Assembly (NCBI RefSeq): GCF_018402495.1
Contig: NZ_JAGYIU010000002.1
Span: 26,984 to 90,983 of the forward strand
DNA length: 64,000 nucleotides
Source of the DNA: Pseudoalteromonas sp.
GTDB taxonomy: Bacteria; Pseudomonadota; Gammaproteobacteria; Enterobacterales; Alteromonadaceae
Direction: 5' to 3'
The translations under genes and the position numbers were made by a program. This document shows, piece after piece, positions 18,690-27,637 of this stretch. Position 1 is the stretch's first letter; every line of letters starts with the position of its first letter. The notes below the pieces were generated by a model. The model ran no database searches. It saw only the letters and a list, made by a program, of their open reading frames with translations, and was not told where the DNA came from.

Positions 18690-19733
18690 TTAATTTAATA
18701 ATTGTGGTGCAAAACTAAACGACTGCCCCGGATAAAAAATAATATCTTCAACTAATAAAGTCGCTTCCTCTGCGCTTATATTTAATCGTTTAAGTAAATT
18801 TAAACGTGCTTGTGATAATGTCCAAGCGTGATAATGCACCCCTAGATCAGTTTCCATCATAGCCATATAAAGTAGCGCATCTGCAGGGGCTAATTGTATA
18901 GCGTTTGCACGCTGAGGTAATAACGTATAACCCGTTGACCAATCTAAACCTGCTATTTGCGAATCAATTGAAAGTAATTTGGTAAGCTGTGAGACAGTAG
19001 AAGCATATACACTTATTTGCTGTTTTTGGCTCTGCATTGTTTTAAATTTACTATCAATACGGCTCAACCATTCAAGCGGTGAGAGCACATTATTAGCAAA
19101 ATAATTTAATTTACTTTGGTACCATTGACTGCCATTGGCAAGGCCTGATAAACCAATGCTGCCTCTTGGTTTGTAGTCTGTTAGGTACTTATTTAAATCA
19201 TTTAGAGAATCGTTAAGTTCAACAGGCGTATTTGTACTCTTCATTGCATGTTGTACATAGCCTTTTAAGTAATTAAGTTCTACCTTGTTAAGCTTTAAAT
19301 TACTCTGCTCAGCATCCTTTAGTTGAGCCTTTACAAACCTTAACCACTGTTCAACTTTTTTATACTGCGCATCATTTTTAACTATCGATAGCATGTTCGA
19401 TAACACATCAATGTGTGCAGGCCAAGCAAAATAACGCTCTGGAAACCGCTCAGCAATTACCAAATAATTTACCTGATTGGTTTGCTCTGCTGATAATTGC
19501 ATCTGCATTAGCTGCTGATAAATAACGTGGCGACGCGCTAAATAGGCATCGGTAAAAGGCAGTTGCTCATTACTAAGCACGGTAACGGCTGAGTTCTCTG
19601 GTGCACTTAGAGCCGAATTAAGTGAGATTAACGCGGTTTGCGCTTCTTCATAAGATGAAAATAAATCAGTAGGCTTAGAGCAAGACACTAAAAGCAAACA
19701 AAATAGCAATGAAAAAATAGGCGTTTTGTTCAT
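18690..19733 (-). CDS. hypothetical lipoprotein (distant DUF885-like C-terminus)
   Basis: I place the start at MNKTPIFSLLFCLLLVSC (lipobox LVSC), because the longer ORF-track start runs through the upstream terminator hairpin. METDLGVHYHAWTLSQA resembles the DUF885 C-terminal motif. Confidence 0.5.
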   Translation of the reverse strand: MNKTPIFSLLFCLLLVSCSKPTDLFSSYEEAQTALISLNSALSAPENSAVTVLSNEQLPFTDAYLARRHVIYQQLMQMQLSAEQTNQVNYLVIAERFPERYFAWPAHIDVLSNMLSIVKNDAQYKKVEQWLRFVKAQLKDAEQSNLKLNKVELNYLKGYVQHAMKSTNTPVELNDSLNDLNKYLTDYKPRGSIGLSGLANGSQWYQSKLNYFANNVLSPLEWLSRIDSKFKTMQSQKQQISVYASTVSQLTKLLSIDSQIAGLDWSTGYTLLPQRANAIQLAPADALLYMAMMETDLGVHYHAWTLSQARLNLLKRLNISAEEATLLVEDIIFYPGQSFSFAPQLLN

Positions 19734-19745
19734 ATTAATTCCAAT

Positions 19746-19770
19746 AAAAAAGCCCCCAAGGGGGCTTTTT
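19746..19770 (-). terminator. rho-independent terminator of the TonB2-type operon
   Basis: Perfect hairpin aaaaagccccc-aag-ggggcttttt, just after the stop of the TPR gene. Confidence 0.75.
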
Positions 19771-19793
19771 AAAATACTAGAGTACATTAGATA

Positions 19794-21053
19794 TTAAATT
19801 TTAACACCGTTGCGAGCGGCTTTATCTTTAATATATGTAGCCCAACCTTTAGCAAACCGACGTGTGCTTGGGTCGTCCATAGCTTTAGTAATAGCAGCAT
19901 ATGCTTGCTTATACTTGCCTTGGTAGTAAAACGCTTCAGCTAAATCTGAATAAATGGTGCCTTTTTTGTCAGAGCCAAGCTCTAATGCTTTGTTCAAACG
20001 AACAACAGCAGCGCTGAATTTTTCAGATTGTAAAAGTAATGAACCTGCTTTGCGGTAAAGCTCAGCGTCGTCATCAAATTTGGCAGCTTCTTCGTAGTAC
20101 TTAGCCGCTTTCTCTATATCTTTAGAACGATGATAGTTACTCGCAATTGCACTAATATTTTGCTTGTCGCGTTTAACTTTCTGTTCTTTAATTGCCTTTT
20201 CAAGCGTTACGGCTGCTTTGTAAGGAATTTCGTTTAAAGAATAAAAGTTAGCCAAGACTTTATAGTCAACTTCGTTTTCAAAATAACCATTTTTGTACGC
20301 AACTTCCATTGTTGCTAAGCCCTTTTTGTAGTCTTCGGTTTGTAAGTAATACTTACCTAAGCCTACCCAAGATTTACTGTCTTCAGGCCATACACGAACG
20401 ATTTCCTCTGCAACTTTTACCATATTTTGATATTGCTTTTGCTCAAAATAGGCAGCCAACTTTAATTGGAAAGGCGCTTTTACCGGTGCTTTTTCAAGCT
20501 TAATCGCTTTATTCGCAGGTACGATAACGTCCTTAAATTGTTTAAGTTCGAAATTTGCTTGCGCAATACGCGTATAAACTTTCGGATCCTCCTCACCAGT
20601 GAAGTCCATCCAATCGGTATATGCTTGCTTTGCAGCACTGTATTGTTCAGTACCTGCATACAAGTCACCCAGCGTTTTTAGTCCTTGGGCATGATCGGCA
20701 AAGTTTAATACATCAGGTGCAACCGCTGCTTTCATATACTTAATGGCGTCATTATATTGCTCTTTTTGAGCATACATGCTGCCTAAGTAACGATTTACAG
20801 TTGCTTTATCAAAATCATTAGACGGATCTAACTCTCGTAATATTGCAATTGCACCGTCAACATCGTCTTCGTTATACAAGTCAAACGCTTTTATAACTCT
20901 TTTACCAATTCGCTCGCCCATGATTTTAGTTTTTGCATTTTTACGCTCTTCAATCTTTGCGTAATCAGGCTCTGCTAAAACGGGTGCAGTAAACACTGCA
21001 CCTGACATAGACATAAGAATTGCAAGCGCAGTTACTTTAGAAAAACTTCTCAT
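19794..21053 (-). CDS. TPR-repeat periplasmic protein (TtpD-like component of TonB2 system)
   Basis: 419 aa with a signal peptide and multiple TPR-like repeats. It is the last gene of the exbB-exbD-tonB cluster, as in the Vibrio TonB2 locus. Confidence 0.6.
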   Translation of the reverse strand: MRSFSKVTALAILMSMSGAVFTAPVLAEPDYAKIEERKNAKTKIMGERIGKRVIKAFDLYNEDDVDGAIAILRELDPSNDFDKATVNRYLGSMYAQKEQYNDAIKYMKAAVAPDVLNFADHAQGLKTLGDLYAGTEQYSAAKQAYTDWMDFTGEEDPKVYTRIAQANFELKQFKDVIVPANKAIKLEKAPVKAPFQLKLAAYFEQKQYQNMVKVAEEIVRVWPEDSKSWVGLGKYYLQTEDYKKGLATMEVAYKNGYFENEVDYKVLANFYSLNEIPYKAAVTLEKAIKEQKVKRDKQNISAIASNYHRSKDIEKAAKYYEEAAKFDDDAELYRKAGSLLLQSEKFSAAVVRLNKALELGSDKKGTIYSDLAEAFYYQGKYKQAYAAITKAMDDPSTRRFAKGWATYIKDKAARNGVKI

Positions 21054-21064
21054 TACTCGCCTCC

Positions 21065-21679
21065 TTAGTTGCCTTGGTTAAGTTTAAAGTCTAGTTGAAC
21101 TTGTAAACCAACTTGCTTTTGTGGTTTTCCGTCAATGATTTTAGGACGGTACTTCCACTTACGCAATGCACGTTTAGCTTCACGGTCAAAGATACGCTTT
21201 GGATCTGCGTCAATTACATCAACGTCTATCACACCACCTAACTCATCAATTGTGAATGAAAGTTGAACCCAACCTTCTCTACCATCACGTGCTGCTTGTG
21301 TTGGATATTTTGGTTCAATACGAACGATAGGTGTCGCATCACCATCTCGTCCAAATGCACCTGGACCACTTAGTCCACCTGCCGTGCTTCCCACATCGAT
21401 ACTTGGCATATTAAAAGACATGCTTGTATTTGGGTTGCTGTTTTCCGGCTGTGGCGGCTGCGGTTTAGGCGGCTGCTTTGGCGGTGGTGGAGGCGGAGGC
21501 GGTACACGCTTCCTCTCCTGCACCTTAGATTCAGGCGGATTCGTCATAATTTCGACTATGATCTGCTCTTTTTGTTCCGTATTACGGTCAGCCCCACCAG
21601 AGATGAGGTATGCCATGAAGTAGAACAAGCCGAAAGTAACTGCCCCACCTGCAATCAGTGAAAACAGAAAACGAATCAT
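21065..21679 (-). CDS. tonB: energy transducer TonB
   Basis: 204 aa. N-terminal TM, a Pro-rich spacer (PPPPPPPPKQPPKPQPPQPE), and a C-terminal TonB domain (EPKYPTQAARDGREGWVQLSFTI). Confidence 0.85.
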   Translation of the reverse strand: MIRFLFSLIAGGAVTFGLFYFMAYLISGGADRNTEQKEQIIVEIMTNPPESKVQERKRVPPPPPPPPKQPPKPQPPQPENSNPNTSMSFNMPSIDVGSTAGGLSGPGAFGRDGDATPIVRIEPKYPTQAARDGREGWVQLSFTIDELGGVIDVDVIDADPKRIFDREAKRALRKWKYRPKIIDGKPQKQVGLQVQLDFKLNQGN

Positions 21680-22083
21680 TACTGATCTCCAGCTATTGAA
21701 ATTCTCAGGTTATCACCCGTCGCTTTAATCTGGTCCATTACTTTAACCACTGTGCCGTGTTTTGCTTCTTTGTCAGCTTGCAAAATGACAACTTCAGTAG
21801 GTTGCTCTGCTAATAAGCTTTCAATTTTTGCTGAAACACGTTCAACATCAATTTGTTGCTTATCAATCCAGATTTCACCGTTGTTACGGATAGCAATAAA
21901 AATGTTAGCATTTTTTTGCTTCGTAGCTTGGGCCGCTTTTGGTTTATTGACCTCGATACCAGCCTCTTTAACGAACGATGTAGTTACGATAAAGAAAATA
22001 AGCATGATAAATACGATGTCAAGCATTGGTGTCATATCTACCGCTGCTTCTTCTTCTTCACGAAAACGTTGTTTACGTGCCAT
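21679..22083 (-). CDS. exbD: biopolymer transporter ExbD
   Basis: 134 aa. MTPMLDIVFIMLIFFIV is a typical ExbD/TolR N-terminus. Confidence 0.9.
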   Translation of the reverse strand: MARKQRFREEEEAAVDMTPMLDIVFIMLIFFIVTTSFVKEAGIEVNKPKAAQATKQKNANIFIAIRNNGEIWIDKQQIDVERVSAKIESLLAEQPTEVVILQADKEAKHGTVVKVMDQIKATGDNLRISIAGDQ

Positions 22084-22097
22084 ATTTAATTCTCTCT

Positions 22098-22622
22098 CTA
22101 GTGATGAGGCATACTATCTACAAGCTTGGCTTTCACCATTCTCGCTCTTGCCTCAAGGCGTGAGCTAAAGAATACTCCAGATAGTGCCGCAACCATTCCA
22201 GCCATTGTTGGGATTGTTGCCATTGATATGCCTGATGCCATTAAACGTGCGTTACCGGTACCTTGGGTTGCCATGGTTTCAAAAACCGCGATCATTCCCG
22301 TTACCGTACCTAACAAACCGATTAAAGGGCATATAGCTACTAATGTTTTAATCAACAACATACGCTGATCTAATTTTTCAGACGCTTCAGAAATCCATGC
22401 TTCACGGATTCTGTGTGCGTACCAAGACGTAGTGTCCTGGCGGGCATCCCACTTTGCTACAATTTCCTTCGTCATGCGAGGAAACTCAGCAAGTAAGAAC
22501 CAATAGCGCTCAATCATTAAAACCCACATCAGAAAGAGTGCTATCGCGACCACGTATAAAACCTGGCCGCCTGTGCCAACAAAATCCCTGATAGATTCCC
22601 AGATCTCCATCAGGACTAACAT
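22098..22622 (-). CDS. exbB: MotA/TolQ/ExbB proton channel protein ExbB
   Basis: 174 aa. Contains the ExbB C-terminal motif PLIGLLGTVTGMIAVF...ISMATIPTMAGM. Confidence 0.9.
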   Translation of the reverse strand: MLVLMEIWESIRDFVGTGGQVLYVVAIALFLMWVLMIERYWFLLAEFPRMTKEIVAKWDARQDTTSWYAHRIREAWISEASEKLDQRMLLIKTLVAICPLIGLLGTVTGMIAVFETMATQGTGNARLMASGISMATIPTMAGMVAALSGVFFSSRLEARARMVKAKLVDSMPHH

Positions 22623-23986
22623 TAGGCTTTCTCCTTCTCCGCGTGAGTAGCAACGATACCCGCGCTTTGCTCATCAAGGATGTGTAATACCGACTTACTA
22701 CGACCTGCAACAATAGCGTGAAGTAAAATAAGTGGTAATGCAGCAATTAGACCTAGCGCTGTAGTTACAAGTGCTAGAGAGATATTACCAGCCATAATCT
22801 TAGGATCGCCCGTACCGAACAATGTGATTGTTTGGAATGTTAAGATCATACCGATTACCGTACCTAATAAACCAAGTAATGGTGCGATAGCAGCCAAGAT
22901 CTTGATAATGTTGATACCGGCTTCAATGCGTGGTGTTTCACGTAAAATCGCTTCATCTAATTTAAGCTCAAGGTTTTCAACGTCTTGATTCTTGTTGTCA
23001 TGGTAAACTTTTAATATGCGACCCAGTGGGTTATTAGCGTTTGGCGTACCCGCATTTTTTAGTTGGCTATTAATTTTACTCTTAGTTAGAGTAAGGTCAA
23101 CAAAACGAACTAGGAAAATTAATAGACCTAAGCCTAATAATGCAGTGATGATATAGCCTACTACATCACCTTGATGATAGTACTCTGAAAGCGTTGCTTT
23201 TTGCGTGTTAATACGCAATATCGCGCCACGTGTGGGGTCTATAAAAACACCCGCGTAGTTATCAGAAGACGTATTTTCAAGATCTGAAATACCCTTTAAT
23301 ATGTAACCATCCGGTTGCTTACCTAAAGGCTGAATAGACTTAGTTTCAGCTGAATAAATCAGGTAACCGTCATCGGTAACGAGGTTAAAATTACCAATAC
23401 GCGTTACTTTTTTCATAGATGGGTTACCATCAAGGCCTGCAACTTCAGTTTCAAATGTTGAAACTTTAGCTGACTCAGTCATTTCTGTTTGAAGTGAAAT
23501 CCAAAGTTCTTCTAACTCACGAACCGTTGGAAGTTCTTTAGCCGCAGCTAATGAACGAAGTACTTCAGCACGACCTGGTTTTTCAGCACTTACTAAAGAA
23601 GCTTCAATTGAACCAATTGCATCAGCTGCTGCACGACGAACAACACCAAACATTTCACCTAACGTACCTTGAGCATTTTGAAGCGCTTGCTCTTTTTCTG
23701 CTAAGGTATTTTCGTTTTGTGCATATTCTTTACTAAGGCGATCACCACGTGCTTTTTCGGCAGCTAATTGGCTTTTTGCTTTATTAAGTAACGCTTGTTT
23801 ATCAGCACGATCTGATAAGAACTCTTGTTCACGTTGCTTGTTAAGTTTTCCTTCAGAAATACGCTCTTGCTTTACTTGCTCAAGAATTTTATCTAAAGCA
23901 TCAGTATTTGCATGTGCATTAAGCGCGGTACCGGCAGAAACAGACAGTACTGCTGCAATAGCAAAACCTTTAAATAGTTTCTTCAT
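22622..23986 (-). CDS. large MotA/TolQ/ExbB-family protein (TtpC-like)
   Basis: 454 aa. Signal peptide plus a coiled-coil periplasmic region, and a C-terminal ExbB-like channel motif APLLGLLGTVIGMILTF. Confidence 0.75.
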   Translation of the reverse strand: MKKLFKGFAIAAVLSVSAGTALNAHANTDALDKILEQVKQERISEGKLNKQREQEFLSDRADKQALLNKAKSQLAAEKARGDRLSKEYAQNENTLAEKEQALQNAQGTLGEMFGVVRRAAADAIGSIEASLVSAEKPGRAEVLRSLAAAKELPTVRELEELWISLQTEMTESAKVSTFETEVAGLDGNPSMKKVTRIGNFNLVTDDGYLIYSAETKSIQPLGKQPDGYILKGISDLENTSSDNYAGVFIDPTRGAILRINTQKATLSEYYHQGDVVGYIITALLGLGLLIFLVRFVDLTLTKSKINSQLKNAGTPNANNPLGRILKVYHDNKNQDVENLELKLDEAILRETPRIEAGINIIKILAAIAPLLGLLGTVIGMILTFQTITLFGTGDPKIMAGNISLALVTTALGLIAALPLILLHAIVAGRSKSVLHILDEQSAGIVATHAEKEKA

Positions 23987-23992
23987 TATTGA

Positions 23993-24763
23993 TTACTCCG
24001 CGCCAAAAATTGGTAGTTTAACAAGTTCTAGTGTGGCTTGCTTACGTGCCATACGGATCACTTCTTTAACAGGTTTTAGGTATTCTTCACCTAATTCTTT
24101 CCACTGTTTAGTGTTGTTATCCCACACCCAAGCGTGTTTCAGATCGAATGATTGAGCAACGTAAGTAATACGACCTAAACGACCGATATCAACGTTAATG
24201 CTACGACCATCAACTTCTAAAGTACCTTGAGAAGCATTTACAGCTGAGCTGTATGATGTTTCAACAGTGTACGCTTCAAGAACCTGGCGGAATTTCTCAG
24301 ACGTTGTTACAGATGAAGATGCCATGATCTCACGTAATCTTTCAACGCGTCCAAGACGAGTTTCAAGGCTAAATGGAACGTCCGCTTTGATGAATTGCTC
24401 GAGCGTATCGATCATGCGATACATCAAAGGCACAACGTTTTGTTTTGTGTTGTCGATAGTCGCGATTTGACGATCGAACGATGCAATAGACGCATTTTGG
24501 TCAGCGACCAAACGTGCTACGTGATCGTTGTACACTTTCATAAGTTCAGTCTCATCAACGATGCTACGGTACTCAGCAATTAGCTCCTGAGTTTGACCAT
24601 ATACATTGTCAATTTTAGTTTGAGACTTAACTGCAGCCTTTTGAATTGTTTGACCTGCTTTTTGCACGTCATTCAAAGGATCTGCAATCACATTGCTGCT
24701 TGCAAATGCAAAAGCGCCAACCAACGCAGTTGCTACAAGACTCTTTCTGATTTTAACAGACAT
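23993..24763 (-). CDS. DUF3450-like periplasmic coiled-coil protein (TtpB-like), first gene of TonB2 cluster
   Basis: Signal peptide MSVKIRKSLVATALVGAFAFA. I prefer the ATG at 24763 over the TTG at 24772. The gene position is as in Vibrio TonB2 loci. Confidence 0.6.
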   Translation of the reverse strand: MSVKIRKSLVATALVGAFAFASSNVIADPLNDVQKAGQTIQKAAVKSQTKIDNVYGQTQELIAEYRSIVDETELMKVYNDHVARLVADQNASIASFDRQIATIDNTKQNVVPLMYRMIDTLEQFIKADVPFSLETRLGRVERLREIMASSSVTTSEKFRQVLEAYTVETSYSSAVNASQGTLEVDGRSINVDIGRLGRITYVAQSFDLKHAWVWDNNTKQWKELGEEYLKPVKEVIRMARKQATLELVKLPIFGAE

Positions 24764-25424
24764 AGTTCCCAACCAATTAAGTAATGTTACTTTTATAATT
24801 TAATTATCAACCCGCAAAGGGAAGACAACCCTGATATCTTTTAATAGATATCAACTTATCAATAATGCTAAATGCATTAAGTCATGTCAACTTCATGTTT
24901 CGCATAACCTATAAATAAATCAGCTTGTTTGTAATTTATTTAAAAGGCAAACACAATTTAATTAACAATATTGCAACCTAGGTGACAAATATAATTTCAG
25001 CAAAGCCCGATATACTAAGAATATAGATAACCCCCTTGGTTAAAGTAAACAAAAAAATAACATTTAAAATTAACTTAATCTTGGCTAAAAAAAAATTAAA
25101 AATAAGCTAATTTTCTGTTCCGAATATTCCTTTTTAGTGGTTTTTAAAACTTTTTAACACAAAAATACAGCTAATCGTTATTATTCGCCCACTCATCGCA
25201 TAACAATAAAGACGTGTTGAATACTCAAAAAGCAATACAAAGGTGAAAAATAAAGTTACAAAAAGCCATTTTTATTAACACATAAATTTTTTGTTTACTA
25301 TTGAGCATATAGACTCAGCTCATCGTTTATGCTTTTCATGTAGGGATGTTAATCCTACTCACTTTAATAAACTTAATACTGAAACGGGTAGATTAAATTT
25401 ATAAAGGTAAATAGTGAGAAGTAA

Positions 25425-25615
25425 TACCAATTGCATTAAGTTAGTGATCGATTATAGCGACAAGGAAATAACCCGATAACAAGGCGAAATTATGATAGTT
25501 AGTTATTCTATATAAATAATTTTTAACGCAGGTAGCGGGTTCTTTAAATACGCTGGATTGATCATATTTTTTAATAAAATTGGTGTGGTTAGCTAATAAC
25601 GTACTTAACGCACAA
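25425..25615. repeat. intergenic repeat element, copy B (homologous to 10385-10600)
   Basis: By-eye alignment of ...cgacaaggaaataacccgataacaaggcgaaattatgatagttagttattcta... with copy A gives about two-thirds to three-quarters identity over the first ~55 nt. Confidence 0.45.
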
Positions 25616-25767
25616 AAAGTTATAGTTAAGCAACGATAAAGAAGTTAAAACTTAGTAAATGGATATTTAAAGATGAAAGGCAGTACAGAAGGTTAAAACA
25701 GTTTTTGGTTAATTATGGTGAAACAGGTTAGTGTTTCACCACGATGAACTTAGGTCCACATAATAAA

Positions 25768-25971
25768 TTATGCTACTTCTACGTTCTCAGCTTCAGGGCC
25801 TTTTTGACCTTGCTTGATGCTGAAAGTCACTGCTTGACCTTCGCTAAGAGTGCGAAAACCAGAACCAGTGATTGCGCTGAAATGTACAAACACGTCAGGA
25901 CCATTTTCTTGTTCAATGAAACCAAAGCCTTTAGCTTCGTTGAAAAATTTTACTTTACCAGTAACCGACAT
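25768..25971 (-). CDS. cold-shock protein (CspA family)
   Basis: 67 aa. Contains [14 protein letters not shown] (RNP1) and VFVHFSAI (RNP2). Confidence 0.95.
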   Translation of the reverse strand: MSVTGKVKFFNEAKGFGFIEQENGPDVFVHFSAITGSGFRTLSEGQAVTFSIKQGQKGPEAENVEVA

Positions 25972-26341
25972 ACTAAATTTTCCTGTAAGTCAATAATTAA
26001 AATTCAGCCATATATTTATGGCAATATCCTCCCTGAGTCAATGCCCAAAAAACTGGAGGTGATAGTACAGGAACAAGTAATAACCTAACCGGTAACCTTA
26101 AACGCAGCACAATACCGTAATTCAATACGCAAAAACTCAAAGCAATTTAAGGTTAACACATTAATATTTTTTTAGCTCTATTAATTGGGATTTATTTTTC
26201 AAGATGTGTTGTTTTAGTAACGACTGCGTAACCTTTTAATTTTTATAGAAAATAACATGCAAAAAATTGTATTTTTTATATACAGAACATAATTGTTTTA
26301 AAATATGGCGTGTATTTATGTTTTTTGATTTAATTTAAAAT

Positions 26342-26371
26342 AAAAAGCCACCTTAAGAGTAAGATGGCTTT
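26342..26371 (-). terminator. rho-independent terminator downstream of pyrC
   Basis: The minus strand reads aaagccatcttactcttaaggtggc followed by TTTTTATTTT. Confidence 0.6.
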
Positions 26372-26395
26372 AAAGGGTAATGTTATAAATATCAA

Positions 26396-27436
26396 CTATT
26401 TAACTTGCCAGTCAATAACAGCATCGGCTTTAATAGGAACGACTTCAGAGCCACCTAATGAGTAGCTTGCTGGGACTGTCCAAGGCGTTTTTTCTAGGGT
26501 AATAGTATCTTTATTACGCGCTAAGCCATAAAAATCTGGACCAAAGTGGCTTGCAAAACCTTCTAACTTATCAAGCGCCCCCGCCTCTTCAAACGCCTCT
26601 GCGTATAATTCTATAGCAGCATGCGCGGTGTAAGCACCAGCACAACCACATGCAGCTTCTTTTTTATTTTTATAATGTGGCGCTGAATCAGTGCCTAAGA
26701 AGAATTTTTTATTGCCACTGGTTGCTGCAGCCATGAGTGCTTGCTGATGAATGTTACGCTTTAATATAGGTAAGCAGTAATAATGTGGGCGAATGCCCCC
26801 CGCTAACATATGGTTACGATTATAGAGCAAGTGATGCGCAGTAATGGTGGCCGCGACATTATCAGACGCATTTTCGACAAATTCTACAGCATCTTTTGTT
26901 GTTATGTGTTCAAGAACAATTTTAAGTTCAGGAAAGTCAGCAACAACGTCGCCTAAAATAGTGTCTAAAAATACTTTTTCACGGTCAAATATATCAATGG
27001 ACGAGTCAGTTACTTCGCCATGGACAAGTAAAAGCATGCCAACTTCTTCCATTGCTTTTAATACAGGGTAAATATTTTTAACCGATGTTACGCCTGAATC
27101 TGAATTTGTGGTTGCACCCGCAGGGTAGAGTTTGGCTGCAAATATTTTACCGGTCGCTTTTGCTTTTTTTATTTCGTCAGGTGTTGTTTTATCTGTGAGA
27201 TAAAGCACCATTAAAGGTTCAAACTGACCTTGCGGTTTAGCAGCTATAATTCGCTCTCTATAAGCCAATGCAGTTTCTGTACAGGTAGCTGGCGGTACTA
27301 AATTTGGCATAATAATCGCGCGACCCATGTAACGGCTGATATCACGTACCGTGTCTTTTAGCTGATCGCCATCGCGTAAATGTACATGCCAATCATCTGG
27401 TCTGGTAATCGTTAGAGTTGTCTTTTTGCTCGTCAT
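26396..27436 (-). CDS. pyrC: dihydroorotase
   Basis: 346 aa. Contains [12 protein letters not shown] and other class II PyrC motifs. Confidence 0.95.
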   Translation of the reverse strand: MTSKKTTLTITRPDDWHVHLRDGDQLKDTVRDISRYMGRAIIMPNLVPPATCTETALAYRERIIAAKPQGQFEPLMVLYLTDKTTPDEIKKAKATGKIFAAKLYPAGATTNSDSGVTSVKNIYPVLKAMEEVGMLLLVHGEVTDSSIDIFDREKVFLDTILGDVVADFPELKIVLEHITTKDAVEFVENASDNVAATITAHHLLYNRNHMLAGGIRPHYYCLPILKRNIHQQALMAAATSGNKKFFLGTDSAPHYKNKKEAACGCAGAYTAHAAIELYAEAFEEAGALDKLEGFASHFGPDFYGLARNKDTITLEKTPWTVPASYSLGGSEVVPIKADAVIDWQVK

Positions 27437-27637
27437 CGTAAAGTCCTAATGCTTAAGTTAACTGATCATAGGCATATGGTGTTTTCGAGTAAAGGGCTTA
27501 TTAAAAATAATCCTTACCGGTTTCATATAAAGTATACTTTACAGCTGATGTAGGCTTATTGAGTCTTTTATTTTGTGAAAAGGTTAATATTAGGTTAACG
27601 TATGATCCTTTAATAAATAAAATAAGGCTTAACTTCG

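Noticed and set aside
24855-24885. Possible Fur box (tcaataatgctaaatgcatta) upstream of the TonB2-type operon
   Set aside because: Only about 11 of 19 positions match the GATAATGATAATCATTATC consensus by eye, which is within what AT-rich DNA gives by chance.
25744-26088. 114-aa plus-strand ORF overlapping the cold-shock gene
   Set aside because: It is antisense to an unmistakable CspA-family CDS that carries the RNP1/RNP2 motifs.
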